Source: Paludibacteraceae bacterium
GTDB taxonomy: Bacteria; Bacteroidota; Bacteroidia; Bacteroidales; Paludibacteraceae
Direction of reading: 5' to 3'
Assembly: GCA_017541805.1 (NCBI GenBank)
Contig: JAFXYK010000061.1
Coordinates: forward strand, 5,674-69,673
Length of the DNA: 64,000 nt
This document shows positions 8,207 to 18,179 of the stretch, piece after piece; within the stretch, counting starts at the first letter, position 1, and the number at the start of each line of letters is the position of its first letter. Below the pieces are notes generated by a model, which saw nothing but the letters and a program-made list of their open reading frames with translations, searched no databases and was not told where the DNA came from. A program made the position numbers and the translations under genes.

Positions 8207-9487
8207 TTACCAAGCAAAGAGCGGGTATTGCTTCATGGTCTTATTCACTTCTTCGCGTACGGAAGCGATCGTGGCTTCGCTCGTCGGATCTTGCAGCACC
8301 TTATCAATCAGTTCTACGATCCAACCCATCTGGTTCTCCTTCAGGCCGCGGGTAGTGATCGCCGGTGTACCGAAGCGCAGACCGGAGGTCTGGAATGCAG
8401 AGCGGCTGTCGAACGGCACCATGTTCTTATTGGTGGTGATATCGGCGCTGACGAGGGCCTGCTCGGCTACCTTACCCGTCAAATCCGGGAATTTGGTGCG
8501 GAGGTCGATGAGCATGGAGTGGTTATCCGTACCACCGCTGATCACTTTATATCCCTTATCGATGAACGCCTGCGCCATGACGGCAGCATTAAGTTTCACT
8601 TGCTTCTGATAGGTCTTGAAGTCCTCGGTGAGTGCTTCGCCGAAGGCCACTGCTTTGGCTGCGATGACATGCTCGAGCGGACCGCCTTGTGTACCCGGGA
8701 AGACCGCAGAATCGAGTAGGGCACTCATCTTCTTGATCTCACCCTTCGGCGTGGTCTTACCCCAAGGATTATCGAAGTCCTTGCCCATGAGGATGACGCC
8801 TCCACGCGGACCGCGGAGGGTCTTATGGGTGGTGCTGGTGACGATATGCGCGTACTTAAGCGGGTTCTCCAGCAGTCCGGCAGCGATCAGTCCGGCAGGG
8901 TGCGCCATATCGACCATGAAGATCGCGCCTATCTCGTCGGCCACGCGACGGATACGGGCATAATCCCACTCACGGCTGTAGGCCGAAGCACCGGCGATGA
9001 TGAGTTTCGGCTTTTGGGTGCGGGCCTTCATCTCCAGGTCGTCGTAGTTGACGCGACCGGTTGCTTCATCGAGGTCATAGCCGATGGCATTGAACATGAG
9101 ACCGCTGAAGTTCACGGCAGAACCGTGGCTGAGGTGACCACCATGGCTGAGGTTGAGTCCCATGAAGGTATCGCCGGCTTTGAGACACGCCATGAAGACC
9201 GCCATGTTCGCCTGTGCGCCGGAGTGCGGCTGCACATTGACGTACTCGGCGTTATAGAGCATCTTAAGACGATCGCGCGCGATATTCTCCGCGATATCCA
9301 CTACCTCGCAGCCTCCGTAGTAACGATGGCCGGGATAGCCCTCGGCGTACTTATTGGTCAGCACGCTGCCCATGGCTTCCATCACTTGATCACTCACGAA
9401 ATTCTCACTCGCGATCAACTCAATTCCTTTGGTCTGACGCTCGCGCTCCATGCGGATGACGTCAAAAATCTCTGTGTCTCGATTCAT
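8207..9487 (-). CDS. glyA: Serine hydroxymethyltransferase
   Basis: 426 aa: [40 protein letters not shown]. Confidence 0.97.
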   Translation of the reverse strand: MNRDTEIFDVIRMERERQTKGIELIASENFVSDQVMEAMGSVLTNKYAEGYPGHRYYGGCEVVDIAENIARDRLKMLYNAEYVNVQPHSGAQANMAVFMACLKAGDTFMGLNLSHGGHLSHGSAVNFSGLMFNAIGYDLDEATGRVNYDDLEMKARTQKPKLIIAGASAYSREWDYARIRRVADEIGAIFMVDMAHPAGLIAAGLLENPLKYAHIVTSTTHKTLRGPRGGVILMGKDFDNPWGKTTPKGEIKKMSALLDSAVFPGTQGGPLEHVIAAKAVAFGEALTEDFKTYQKQVKLNAAVMAQAFIDKGYKVISGGTDNHSMLIDLRTKFPDLTGKVAEQALVSADITTNKNMVPFDSRSAFQTSGLRFGTPAITTRGLKENQMGWIVELIDKVLQDPTSEATIASVREEVNKTMKQYPLFAW

Positions 9488-9492
9488 ACTAT

Positions 9493-9527
9493 GATTGATG
9501 ATTAACGATTATCGATTTACGGTTATT
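9493..9527. repeat. Heptamer array, 5 units (GATTGAT GATTAAC GATTATC GATTTAC GGTTATT), directly 5' of glyA
   Basis: Direct reading. It ends 5 nt from ATG 9487. In the sense orientation it reads TAAATCG ATAATCG TTAATCA TCAATC. Confidence 0.85.
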
Positions 9528-9558
9528 AAAAAGCAAAGGGGAACTAATCGTTCCCCTT
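9527..9558 (-). terminator. Intrinsic terminator after tRNA-Thr
   Basis: Stem AAGGGGAAC / GTTCCCCTT (9536-9544, 9550-9558), followed on the minus strand by TGCTTTTT. Confidence 0.7.
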
Positions 9559-9559
9559 G

Positions 9560-9632
<73 letters not shown>

Positions 9633-9664
9633 GAGATTGTGAGCCTGTTATTAAAAAGCGGGTG

Positions 9665-9696
9665 CAAAGGTACTGCTTTTTTTTGAATTGTGCAAA
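9665..9696 (-). promoter_or_regulatory. Bacteroidota-type promoter for tRNA-Thr
   Basis: Minus strand reads TTTG-N20-TACCTTTG within the cassette TTTGCACAATTCAAAAAAAAGCAGTACCTTTGCACC. Confidence 0.7.
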
Positions 9697-9711
9697 TATT
9701 TTTGCATTTTT

Positions 9712-9743
9712 TTTGCGTATATGGTATAATTTTTGTACCTTTG
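9712..9743 (+). promoter_or_regulatory. Bacteroidota-type promoter for the gene at 9753
   Basis: TTTG(9712-9715)-N20-TACCTTTG(9736-9743). Confidence 0.65.
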
Positions 9744-9752
9744 CCAGCGGTT

Positions 9753-11030
9753 ATGAGAAAAATAGCGTTCATAGTACTCCTTATCACCTCCGCCATAGGC
9801 GCGCATGCGCAGACGCACGCGTGTTCCTTTAAAGAAAATATCCGCACGCTGCGCGTGGAGCGAATGGCGCTGGTGTTGGATAAGGGGGTAGTGGACGGTT
9901 CGGACCCGGAGAACACGCTGCATATCTCGTTCGACGAGATGAGTCATGACGTGCATTTCTATACCTATATGGTAAGAATGATGGATTGTTGTAATGATGG
10001 AATGATGAATGACAGAGTGGTGAGCGGAGAGTACCTAAAGGGTTTCACGACCCGCGATATCGTGGATTATGAGCACTCCATCAACACGAGCCGCGAATAT
10101 ACGCATTACTGGTTTGATTTTCCGAACGAAGATATGAGGTTGACGATGAGTGGCCAGTATCTGCTGTCGATCTACGAGGACGGTAATCCGGATAACAAAG
10201 TGGCGGAGGTGTCCTTCTGTGTGGTGGAGCCGCTGGTGAAGATTGATGCGCGCGTACGCGCCAACACGGATATCGAGTTCAACGGCCGCTATCAGCAGGT
10301 GGATATCGACGTGAACACCGCGGCGCTGGATATGAGGAATCCGGACGAGGTGAGGGTAGTGGTGACACAGAACAACAGCCTGCAGCAATCCGTTATGATC
10401 GACCGGCCGACGTTCGTGGAGACAAACCGGCTGCGCTATATCAATAACAAAGACCTGATTTTTGAAGGCGGCAACGAGTATCACCATTTCGATGCGTTCA
10501 GTTGTTTCTACGCCGGTTACGGTATAGACCGCGTCTATCATGAGATGGGGGACTACCACGTGCTGCTTTTCCCGAGCGAGGTGACGAAAGGGCAGTATAT
10601 CCATGAGTACGACAGCGACGGCCGTTTTGTGGTGAACGCCGAGCGCACCGCCGATTCGGATACGGAAGCCGAGTATATGTGGGTTCACTGGACGTTGCCG
10701 ATGGAGAAGCCTTTCTTCGACGGCGCGCTGTATGTGGACGGCGATATGTTCCAAAGCGAGTTGACGCTTCGCAACCGCATGGAGTATGATGCAGACGCTA
10801 AATGCTACTGGCTGACGTCGCTGGTGAAACAAGGCGGTTACGACTACCGATTTGTGTTTAAGCCCAAAGTCGAAAGTAAAAAGTTAAAAGAAAAAACTAC
10901 CACCCAGAAAGTGGATGGTAGTTATTGGCAGACCGAGAACGAATATACGATTTACGTCTTTTGGAAACCTGTCGGTTCTCGGAGTGAGCGCCTGGTAGGC
11001 ATTCAGGCTATTCGCTCAAACGCGCTTTGA
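9753..11030 (+). CDS. Secreted protein, DUF5103 / T9SS-plug-like (tentative)
   Basis: Signal peptide [72 protein letters not shown] resembles my memory of DUF5103 proteins. The track start at 9690 lies in the promoter. Confidence 0.5.
   Translation: MRKIAFIVLLITSAIGAHAQTHACSFKENIRTLRVERMALVLDKGVVDGSDPENTLHISFDEMSHDVHFYTYMVRMMDCCNDGMMNDRVVSGEYLKGFTTRDIVDYEHSINTSREYTHYWFDFPNEDMRLTMSGQYLLSIYEDGNPDNKVAEVSFCVVEPLVKIDARVRANTDIEFNGRYQQVDIDVNTAALDMRNPDEVRVVVTQNNSLQQSVMIDRPTFVETNRLRYINNKDLIFEGGNEYHHFDAFSCFYAGYGIDRVYHEMGDYHVLLFPSEVTKGQYIHEYDSDGRFVVNAERTADSDTEAEYMWVHWTLPMEKPFFDGALYVDGDMFQSELTLRNRMEYDADAKCYWLTSLVKQGGYDYRFVFKPKVESKKLKEKTTTQKVDGSYWQTENEYTIYVFWKPVGSRSERLVGIQAIRSNAL
9976..10015. repeat. Octamer array, 5 units (GAATGATG GATTGTTG TAATGATG GAATGATG AATGACAG), inside CDS 9753-11030
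   Basis: Direct reading. It encodes [14 protein letters not shown]. Confidence 0.75.
10866..10900. repeat. Heptamer array, 5 units (AAAGTCG AAAGTAA AAAGTTA AAAGAAA AAACTAC), inside CDS 9753-11030
   Basis: Direct reading. It encodes [12 protein letters not shown]. Confidence 0.75.
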
Positions 11031-12351
11031 TCGCCTTGCTCTCTGCTTCATAGCCCGGTTTGTCTAACAGGGCGAACATATTCTTCTTATACGCTTCTAC
11101 ACCCGGTTGGTTGAACGGATTAACATCCAGTACATAACCCGAGATACCGCATCCGCGCTCGAAGAAATAAATGAACTGACCGATGTTGTACTCGTCGATC
11201 TTCTCGAAGGAGATGTGGATATTGGGCACACCGCCATCGACGTGAGCCAGTTGGGTACCGAGCTCTGCCATCTTGTTCACTTCATCCACGCGCTTGCCGG
11301 CGAGGAAGTTGAGTCCGTCGAGGTTCTCTTCGTCCATCGGTACGAGCACTTTCTTGTTGGCTTTCTCGATCGAGATCACGGTCTCGAAGATCGTACGCTC
11401 GCCGTCCTGGATCCACTGACCCATGGAGTGGAGGTCGGTGGTGAAATCAACCGATGCCGGGAAGATACCCTTATGGTCCTTACCCTCAGACTCGCCGTAC
11501 AGTTGTTTCCACCACTCGCTGAAATAGTGCAGTTTGGGATTGAAGTTAACGAGGATCTCGATCTTCTTTCCGCTGCGATAGAGGGCGTTACGGATGGCTG
11601 CATATTGGCATGCCGGGTTCTGAGCGTACGGCACTTTGACGTCCGTTGCTTTCTCCATATCCTGCGCACCGCGTACCATCGCCTTGATGTCTCCACCTGC
11701 TACTGCGATCGGCAGCAGACCAACCGGCGTGAGCACCGAGAAACGGCCGCCTACGTTATCAGGGATAACGAAGGTCTTGTAGCCTTCCTTAGTAGAGAGC
11801 GAACGGAGTGCACCTTTGGCTTTGTCCGTTACCGCCACGATACGATGCTTCGCTTCCTCTTTGCCGACTTGCTTCTCGAGCATGGTCTTCAACAGACGGA
11901 ATGCGAGCGCTGTCTCGGTCGTTGTACCGGATTTGGAGATATTGATGATACCGAACTGCTTGTCTGCGAGGAACTCCATGAGCTCTGCCAGGTAGTCCTC
12001 ACCGATGTTGTTACCTGCATACACTACATACGGGTTCTTGCGATCTTTTGCTACGAAGGTATCAAAAGCCGAAGCCAAAGCCTCATTCACAGCGCGTGCA
12101 CCGAGGTAAGAACCTCCGATACCGGCTACGATCACTACCTCACAGCGTTTGCGCAGTTCGTCGGCGCAGGCCTGTACTTCCGCCAAGAAAGCATCGGTGA
12201 TCGAGGAGGGCAGATGTACCCATCCGATGTAATCATTACCGGCACCCTGACCGTTCTCCAGCAGCAGGTTAGCCGCTTCGGTCTGTGCTTCCAATTTCTT
12301 TAATGCAGCTGCGTCCACAAACGAGGCAGCATTCTTCAAACAGATTTGCAT
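11008..12351 (-). CDS. pgi: Glucose-6-phosphate isomerase
   Basis: 447 aa: [45 protein letters not shown]. Confidence 0.95.
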   Translation of the reverse strand: MQICLKNAASFVDAAALKKLEAQTEAANLLLENGQGAGNDYIGWVHLPSSITDAFLAEVQACADELRKRCEVVIVAGIGGSYLGARAVNEALASAFDTFVAKDRKNPYVVYAGNNIGEDYLAELMEFLADKQFGIINISKSGTTTETALAFRLLKTMLEKQVGKEEAKHRIVAVTDKAKGALRSLSTKEGYKTFVIPDNVGGRFSVLTPVGLLPIAVAGGDIKAMVRGAQDMEKATDVKVPYAQNPACQYAAIRNALYRSGKKIEILVNFNPKLHYFSEWWKQLYGESEGKDHKGIFPASVDFTTDLHSMGQWIQDGERTIFETVISIEKANKKVLVPMDEENLDGLNFLAGKRVDEVNKMAELGTQLAHVDGGVPNIHISFEKIDEYNIGQFIYFFERGCGISGYVLDVNPFNQPGVEAYKKNMFALLDKPGYEAESKAIKARLSE

Positions 12352-12353
12352 GG

Positions 12354-13343
12354 TTATTGTAATTTAGTAGTTAAAGACTTGATAATTGGTTTCGCCTTCT
12401 GGCGGTTATAGAGAATCTCGTACATCGCGTCCACGATAGGGATGGAAACCTGCAAGCGCTCGTTGGCCATATGAATGGCTTTGGTGCCATAATAGCCTTC
12501 GGCTACCATCTCCATTTCCATCTGTGCCGCCTTGACGGAGTACCCGAGACCGAGCATCTGGCCGAACTGACGGTTTCGACTGAACTGAGAATAGCCGGTG
12601 ACGAGCACGTCGCCCAGGTAACCCGAGGCAGTGATGTCGCGCGGCACATTGCTGACCGCGGTGGCGAAACGCTGGATCTCCTGGATGGCATTGGAGAGCA
12701 GGACAGCCTGGAAGTTATCACCGTAGTGCAGCGCCTGGCACATACCCGCCGCGATGGCGTAGATGTTCTTGAGGACCGAACTGTACTCGAGTCCGATGAC
12801 GTCATTCGAAACGGTGGTATGGACATATTCCGTCTGGAATAGTTTGGACCACGCTTCGGCGTTCTGCCTGTTCTCGCATCCGATGGTGAGGTAACTGAGT
12901 CGCTCCAGCGCGATCTCTTCCGCGTGACACGGTCCGGCGATGACGCCGAGTTGGTCAAACGAGATACCGAAGCGGTTATGCAGATAGTCGGTGATGATGA
13001 CGTTCTCATCGGGAATCATACCCTTGACGGCCGAGATGACCACTTTGTGGGTCATGTCGCGACGGATCTTCGTCAGCGTCTGCTTGACGTACGGCGAAGG
13101 GATAGCGAGGATGAGCACATCGGACTGCGCTACGGTCTGGTTGATATCCGAAGAGAAATGGATACGGCTCACATCGAAACTTGCTGCACCGAGATAAGAA
13201 GGGTTCTTGCCGGTGGAGATAAACTCATCGATCACCTCCTGGCGACGGATGAACCAGTTGATCTCCCCTTGGTTCATCATAACGATCTTCGCCAAGGCGG
13301 TAGCCCAACTGCCCGAACCCAATATAGCTACTTTGCGATACAT
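12354..13343 (-). CDS. gpsA: NAD(P)H-dependent glycerol-3-phosphate dehydrogenase
   Basis: 329 aa: [31 protein letters not shown]. Confidence 0.93.
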   Translation of the reverse strand: MYRKVAILGSGSWATALAKIVMMNQGEINWFIRRQEVIDEFISTGKNPSYLGAASFDVSRIHFSSDINQTVAQSDVLILAIPSPYVKQTLTKIRRDMTHKVVISAVKGMIPDENVIITDYLHNRFGISFDQLGVIAGPCHAEEIALERLSYLTIGCENRQNAEAWSKLFQTEYVHTTVSNDVIGLEYSSVLKNIYAIAAGMCQALHYGDNFQAVLLSNAIQEIQRFATAVSNVPRDITASGYLGDVLVTGYSQFSRNRQFGQMLGLGYSVKAAQMEMEMVAEGYYGTKAIHMANERLQVSIPIVDAMYEILYNRQKAKPIIKSLTTKLQ

Positions 13344-13349
13344 GAAAAT

Positions 13350-13384
13350 AATTATGATTGCAAATTTATGATTTATGATTTATT
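13350..13384. repeat. Heptamer array, 5 units (AATTATG ATTGCAA ATTTATG ATTTATG ATTTATT), at the lysS stop / gpsA start junction
   Basis: Direct reading. It covers the lysS stop (13380-13382) and ends 6 nt from the gpsA ATG at 13343. In the sense orientation it reads ATAAATC ATAAATC. Confidence 0.8.
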
Positions 13385-14900
13385 CCGGACGCATGGTGGG
13401 GAATAAGAGTACTTCCTGGATGGTGGACTGACCGGTCATGAACATCGCCAGACGGTCGATACCGATACCGATACCCGAAGTAGGCGGCATGCCATATTCG
13501 AGGGCACGCATGAAATCATGGTCGATGACCATGGCCTCGTCGTCACCCTTGTCGGCGAGCTTCATCTGCTCCACGAAACGGTTGTATTGGTCAATCGGGT
13601 CATTGAGCTCCGAATAAGCGTTCGCCAACTCCTTACCGTTCACCATAAGCTCGAAACGCTCGGTCAGACCGGGTTTGGAGCGGTGCATCTTCGTCAGCGG
13701 ACTCATCTCGACGGGGTAGTCGGTGATGAAGGTAGGTTGGATGAACGTGCCCTCGCAGGTCTCGCCGAAGATCTCATCGATCAGTTTGCCTTTACCCATA
13801 TGCTCCGTGTCCTCGACGCCCAGTTTCTTGGCCTCTACGCGGATCTCGTCTTCGGTCATGGAAGCCAGATCAAGACCGGTCTTCTCCTTGATAGCATCAA
13901 GGATCGGCAGACGACGGTACGGCGCCTTGAAATCGACCTCATGGTCACCTATCTGCACCTTGGTAGAGCCGTTCACAGCAATTGCGATGCGCTCCAGCAA
14001 CTGCTCGGTGAAGCCCATCATCCAGTTATAATCCTTGTATTGCACGTAGAGCTCCATGCAGGTGAACTCAGGGTTATGGTTGCGGTCCATACCTTCGTTG
14101 CGGAAGTTACGTCCGATCTCATAGACGCCCTCAAAACCACCTACGATGAGTCGCTTCAGATAGAGCTCCGTCGCGATACGCAGGTACATGTCTACATCTA
14201 AGGTGTTATGATGGGTGATGAACGGGCGCGCCGAAGCACCTCCGGCAATCTGCTGCAGGATAGGGGTCTCCACTTCCGTATATCCGGCTTCGTCGAACAC
14301 TTGGCGCATGGTGCGCAGGATAGCTGCACGCTTGAGGAAGGTATCCTTCACGCCGTCGTTCACGACGAGATCAACGTAACGCTGACGATAGCGCTGCTCC
14401 GGATCATTGAATCCGTCGTACGCCACGCCGTCTTTGTATTTAACGATAGGCAGCGGCTTGAGCGATTTGGCCAGCACCGTCAGTTTCTTCGCGTGAACGG
14501 ATATCTCACCCATCTGGGTGCGGAAGACGAAACCCTCGATACCGATGAAGTCACCGATGTCCAGCAGTTTCTTGAAAACGACGTTGTACATCTGTTGATC
14601 GATCGTGGTGGGTGTCTCGCCCTCTACTACCGGCGCCTGTATGTCATCGCGACTTACATAGACCTGAATACGTCCTTTGGAGTCCTGGATCTCGATGAAC
14701 GAAGCTTTACCCATGATACGCTTCGACATCAATCGTCCGGCGATACGCACCGGCTTCTGATCCCATTCGTCAAAATGCTCCTTGATGTCCGTCGAGTGGC
14801 CTGTCACCTCATATTCGTCAGCGGGGTAGGGGTTGATGCCCATATCGCGCATGGTCTGCAGACTTTGGCGACGGACGATTTCTTGTTCTGATAATTCCAT
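13380..14900 (-). CDS. lysS: Lysine--tRNA ligase (class II)
   Basis: MELSEQEIVRRQSL.. from ATG 14900: FRNEGMDRNHNPEFT..GIGIGIDRLAMF. The 35-codon upstream extension in the track was rejected. Confidence 0.95.
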   Translation of the reverse strand: MELSEQEIVRRQSLQTMRDMGINPYPADEYEVTGHSTDIKEHFDEWDQKPVRIAGRLMSKRIMGKASFIEIQDSKGRIQVYVSRDDIQAPVVEGETPTTIDQQMYNVVFKKLLDIGDFIGIEGFVFRTQMGEISVHAKKLTVLAKSLKPLPIVKYKDGVAYDGFNDPEQRYRQRYVDLVVNDGVKDTFLKRAAILRTMRQVFDEAGYTEVETPILQQIAGGASARPFITHHNTLDVDMYLRIATELYLKRLIVGGFEGVYEIGRNFRNEGMDRNHNPEFTCMELYVQYKDYNWMMGFTEQLLERIAIAVNGSTKVQIGDHEVDFKAPYRRLPILDAIKEKTGLDLASMTEDEIRVEAKKLGVEDTEHMGKGKLIDEIFGETCEGTFIQPTFITDYPVEMSPLTKMHRSKPGLTERFELMVNGKELANAYSELNDPIDQYNRFVEQMKLADKGDDEAMVIDHDFMRALEYGMPPTSGIGIGIDRLAMFMTGQSTIQEVLLFPTMRPE

Positions 14901-14913
14901 GTTTGTTATACTG

Positions 14914-15189
14914 TTATGCGTTTTTTCTCTTCTCGAGCTGTCCCTCCAACGCATTAAGGCAAGCATCCAGACCTTCCTCGAAGGTGTCCGCGGTCTTCTC
15001 AGCAAACATACCGGCGATACGAACCTTCACCTCTTTGTTGGCATTCGTCTGCGGCTTAATGACCGACATGCGGATCTCTACTTTGTCCTCTGCGTTCAGA
15101 TGACGCTCAAAACGGTTCATTTTCTTCTCGATAAACTGTTCAAGTTTATCCGCCATTTCAAAATTTACGGCATTAATTGTTAAGTTCAT
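14914..15189 (-). CDS. hpf: Ribosome hibernation factor, short HPF/RaiA family
   Basis: 91 aa: MNLTINAVNFEMADKLEQFIEKKMNRFERH..VKVRI. Confidence 0.8.
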   Translation of the reverse strand: MNLTINAVNFEMADKLEQFIEKKMNRFERHLNAEDKVEIRMSVIKPQTNANKEVKVRIAGMFAEKTADTFEEGLDACLNALEGQLEKRKNA

Positions 15190-15226
15190 AGTACGTATAA
15201 TTTAAAGGGTTAAACTAAATTTCGTG

Positions 15227-15258
15227 CAAAGATACACTTTTTTTTGCATATATCCAAA
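15227..15258 (-). promoter_or_regulatory. Bacteroidota-type promoter for hpf-lysS
   Basis: Minus strand reads TTTG-N20-TATCTTTG. Confidence 0.6.
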
Positions 15259-15283
15259 AAATATTGAAAATAAATCGTAATTA

Positions 15284-15315
15284 TTTGTATAATCAGAAAA
15301 ATTTTACTAATTTTG
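15284..15315 (+). promoter_or_regulatory. Bacteroidota-type promoter for gcvP
   Basis: TTTG(15284-15287)-N20-TAATTTTG(15308-15315), 27 nt before ATG 15343. Confidence 0.65.
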
Positions 15316-15342
15316 CGGCAAATTTTAAATACTAATCCATTT

Positions 15343-18156
15343 ATGCAAGTTAATTACTTGGAGTCGCGCCATATCGGACTCACCGCTCAAGACGAACAAA
15401 AGATGTTGGAGGCCGTTGGTGCCGAGTCAATCGAATCGCTGGTACGCGAGACCATGCCGGCGGATATCCTGTTGCCGGAGGGTATCGAGTTGGATCAACC
15501 GCTCACGGAGCAGAAGCAGTTGGAGAATGCAGACGAGTTGCTGGCGGAGAATATTCCGGCCCGCTCGTATATCGGACGCGGTTGGTACGGTACGATCACG
15601 CCGGCTGTCATTCGTCGTAATATCCTCGAGAACCCTGTTTGGTACACTTCGTACACGCCGTATCAGGCGGAAGTGAGTCAAGGTCGTCTCGAGGCGCTTT
15701 TTGTTTTCCAGACCATGATCAGCGACCTGACGGGCCTGCCTCTGGCGAACTGTTCGTTGTTGGACGAGGCTACCTCGGCAGCTGAGTCGGTGACAATGAT
15801 GCGTAATTTGCGCAGCCGCGAGCAGGTGAAGAACAATGTGCGGAAGGTGTTTGTGGACGAGAAGATTTGGCCGAACACCCTATCTGTATTACGTACGCGT
15901 GCGAAAGGTCAGGATATCGAGATAGTGACCGGTAATTATGCGGATTTTGAACCGAATGCGGATTTCTTCGGTGCCCTCGTGCAGTGGCCGAACAGCGACG
16001 GATCGATCGAGGATTATGAGACCTTCATCGAGGATTGTCATGCGGCCGGACTGAAAGTGACGGTGGTGGCTGATCTGATGGCGTTGGCGCTGCTCAAACC
16101 GCTGGATGCAGATATCATGTGCGGTACTGCGCAGCGTTTCGGTCTTCCGATGGGCTTTGGGGGGCCGACAGCCGGATATATGGCAACGCGCGATGAGTAC
16201 AAACGTGATATGCCGGGCCGTATTATCGGCCTGAGTAAAGATAAATACGAGCATCCTGCTTTCCGTCTGGCATTGCAGACCCGCGAGCAACATATCAAGC
16301 GCGAACGCGCTACGTCGAATATCTGTACGGCGGAGGCGCTCTCGGCGATGATGGCGGGAATGTACGGCGTCTATCACGGAGCGGAAGGTATCCGCGAGAT
16401 CGCAGAAGGTATCCACAGCAAGGCGGTGTACCTGAACGAAATGCTGCAGGCATACGGATTCGAGCAGGAGAACGCGGAGTTCTTCGATACGCTGAAGATT
16501 CAGTTGCAGGAAGGACAGTTGAAAGACCTGAAGGCCAAAGCAGAGGAACTGGGTATCAACCTGTACTACGACCCGCAAGGATGGGTTGGCTTGGCGGTAG
16601 ATGAGACCGTAGATATCGACGACATGAATGACTTGATCGAGTTGTTCGCGGAGGTGTCCGGTAATATCCCGCAATATGAGGAGACGGACGAGGCTTTTGA
16701 AGGCCTGTGGGCAATCGATGAGAGCCGTGTACGCGACGTGGATTACATGCAGGAGGAGGTATTCCAACTCTATCATACCGAGACGGAGATGATGCGTTAT
16801 CTGAAGCGTCTGGACCGCAAGGATATCTCCTTGGCAACCTCGATGATCCCTCTGGGCAGCTGTACGATGAAGCTCAACCCCGCGGCCTCTATGATTCCTA
16901 TTACGTTCAGCGGCGCGATGAATGTGCATCCGCTGGCGCCGGATGATCAGGTGGAGGGTTATAAGGTGATCATGGAGCAGTTGAAGCGCCAACTGTGTGC
17001 TATCACCGGTTTCGATGCTTGTACCTTACAGCCGACTTCCGGTGCTGCCGGTGAATATACGGGTTTGGTAGTCATTCGTGAGTACCTGCAGCGTCAGGGT
17101 CAAGCTCAGCGCAAAGTGCTGTTGATCCCTGCTTCGGCGCACGGAACGAACCCTGCATCCTGCGTACAGGCCGGATTTACGCCGTGCGTGGTCAAATGTG
17201 ACGAGTTGGGCAACACCGACCTGGCAGATTGGAAAGCCAAAGCAGAGGAGAACAAAGAGGTGCTGGCCGGCTGTATGATTACCTATCCGTCCACCCATGG
17301 TATCTTCGAGCAAGCGATACGCGATATGATTGCCGCCGTGCATGACAATGGCGGATATGTCTATATGGACGGCGCGAACATGAATGCGCAGATCGGATGG
17401 ACCAATCCGGCCTTCATCGGTGCCGATGTTTGTCACTTGAACTTACATAAGTCCTTTGCTTCTCCTCACGGAGGTGGCGGTCCGGGTGCCGGTGCTGTAT
17501 GCTGTACGGCTGCTATGGCGGATTGCCTGCCGTCGGAGGACGCTAACCGTGTCTCTACGGCTATCTACTGCAATGCGAACATGGCCTTGATCTCTTGGGG
17601 ATATATCGCGATGATGGGTGCCGAAGGACTCCGTCATGCTACTGCGGCTGCTATTCTCAGTGCGAACTACATGGCGAAACGTCTCAAAGATGCGTATGGC
17701 ATCGTTTATACCGGGGCGACGGGTAGAGTAGGACATGAGTTGATTTTGGACTGCCGTCAGTTCCACGCTATCGGCATCACGGAGGCGGATATCGCGAAGC
17801 GACTGATGGATTACGGCTATCATGCGCCGACGCTCTCTTTCCCGGTTCATGGTACGCTGATGGTGGAACCGACGGAGAGTGAGTCGCTCGTGGAGATTGA
17901 CCGTTTCTGCGACGTGCTGCTGCAGATCCGTCAAGAGATCGCAGACGTGGAGTCCGGTAAAGCCGATAAAGAAGATAATGTGCTGCTGAATGCACCGCAT
18001 CCGGAGTATGAAGTGGTGGCAGACGAGTGGACGCATCCGTACACCCGCAAGCAGGCTGCATATCCGACCGAATGGGTGGCGCAGACGAAGTTCTGGTGCC
18101 CGGTAGGACGTGTCGATAATGGCTTCGGCGATAGAAACCTGGTGGCTAAGTGGTAA
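15343..18156 (+). CDS. gcvP: Glycine dehydrogenase (aminomethyl-transferring), single-chain P protein
   Basis: About 937 aa from ATG 15343: SYIGRGWYGT..TPYQAEVSQGRLEALF..NLHKSFASPHGGGGPG. The track's TTG start at 15313 overlaps the -7 box. Confidence 0.96.
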   Translation: MQVNYLESRHIGLTAQDEQKMLEAVGAESIESLVRETMPADILLPEGIELDQPLTEQKQLENADELLAENIPARSYIGRGWYGTITPAVIRRNILENPVWYTSYTPYQAEVSQGRLEALFVFQTMISDLTGLPLANCSLLDEATSAAESVTMMRNLRSREQVKNNVRKVFVDEKIWPNTLSVLRTRAKGQDIEIVTGNYADFEPNADFFGALVQWPNSDGSIEDYETFIEDCHAAGLKVTVVADLMALALLKPLDADIMCGTAQRFGLPMGFGGPTAGYMATRDEYKRDMPGRIIGLSKDKYEHPAFRLALQTREQHIKRERATSNICTAEALSAMMAGMYGVYHGAEGIREIAEGIHSKAVYLNEMLQAYGFEQENAEFFDTLKIQLQEGQLKDLKAKAEELGINLYYDPQGWVGLAVDETVDIDDMNDLIELFAEVSGNIPQYEETDEAFEGLWAIDESRVRDVDYMQEEVFQLYHTETEMMRYLKRLDRKDISLATSMIPLGSCTMKLNPAASMIPITFSGAMNVHPLAPDDQVEGYKVIMEQLKRQLCAITGFDACTLQPTSGAAGEYTGLVVIREYLQRQGQAQRKVLLIPASAHGTNPASCVQAGFTPCVVKCDELGNTDLADWKAKAEENKEVLAGCMITYPSTHGIFEQAIRDMIAAVHDNGGYVYMDGANMNAQIGWTNPAFIGADVCHLNLHKSFASPHGGGGPGAGAVCCTAAMADCLPSEDANRVSTAIYCNANMALISWGYIAMMGAEGLRHATAAAILSANYMAKRLKDAYGIVYTGATGRVGHELILDCRQFHAIGITEADIAKRLMDYGYHAPTLSFPVHGTLMVEPTESESLVEIDRFCDVLLQIRQEIADVESGKADKEDNVLLNAPHPEYEVVADEWTHPYTRKQAAYPTEWVAQTKFWCPVGRVDNGFGDRNLVAKW

Positions 18157-18179
18157 TTGATAATTGGTAATTGGTAATA
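18152..18179. repeat. Heptamer array, 4 units (GGTAATT GATAATT GGTAATT GGTAATA), at the gcvP stop / yitT-like start junction
   Basis: Direct reading. It includes the gcvP TAA (18154-18156) and abuts ATG 18179. Confidence 0.85.

Noticed and set aside
9971-9976. GGTAAG resembling a eukaryotic 5' splice site at the start of the octamer array
   Set aside because: The reading frame is continuous through the segment and the context is bacterial, so the resemblance is coincidental.
11107-12303. Long antisense ORFs opposite housekeeping genes (also 10035-10832, 15889-16992, 28680-29576, 32424-33563, 37730-38800, 39242-40249, 42924-43625, 54769-55482)
   Set aside because: Each lies fully inside, and opposite to, a confidently identified gene (pgi, gcvP, ffh, rsmE/PAP2, valS, murB/murA, pectate lyase). 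They have the Arg/Leu/His-rich composition typical of shadows in GC-rich coding DNA.
15190-15342. Glycine riboswitch upstream of gcvP (and other riboswitches before glyA, lysS, queH, nadE, pnuC)
   Set aside because: The distance from the -7 box to the start codon is only about 20-55 nt at these genes. That is too short for the aptamers, and no conserved aptamer helices were seen.
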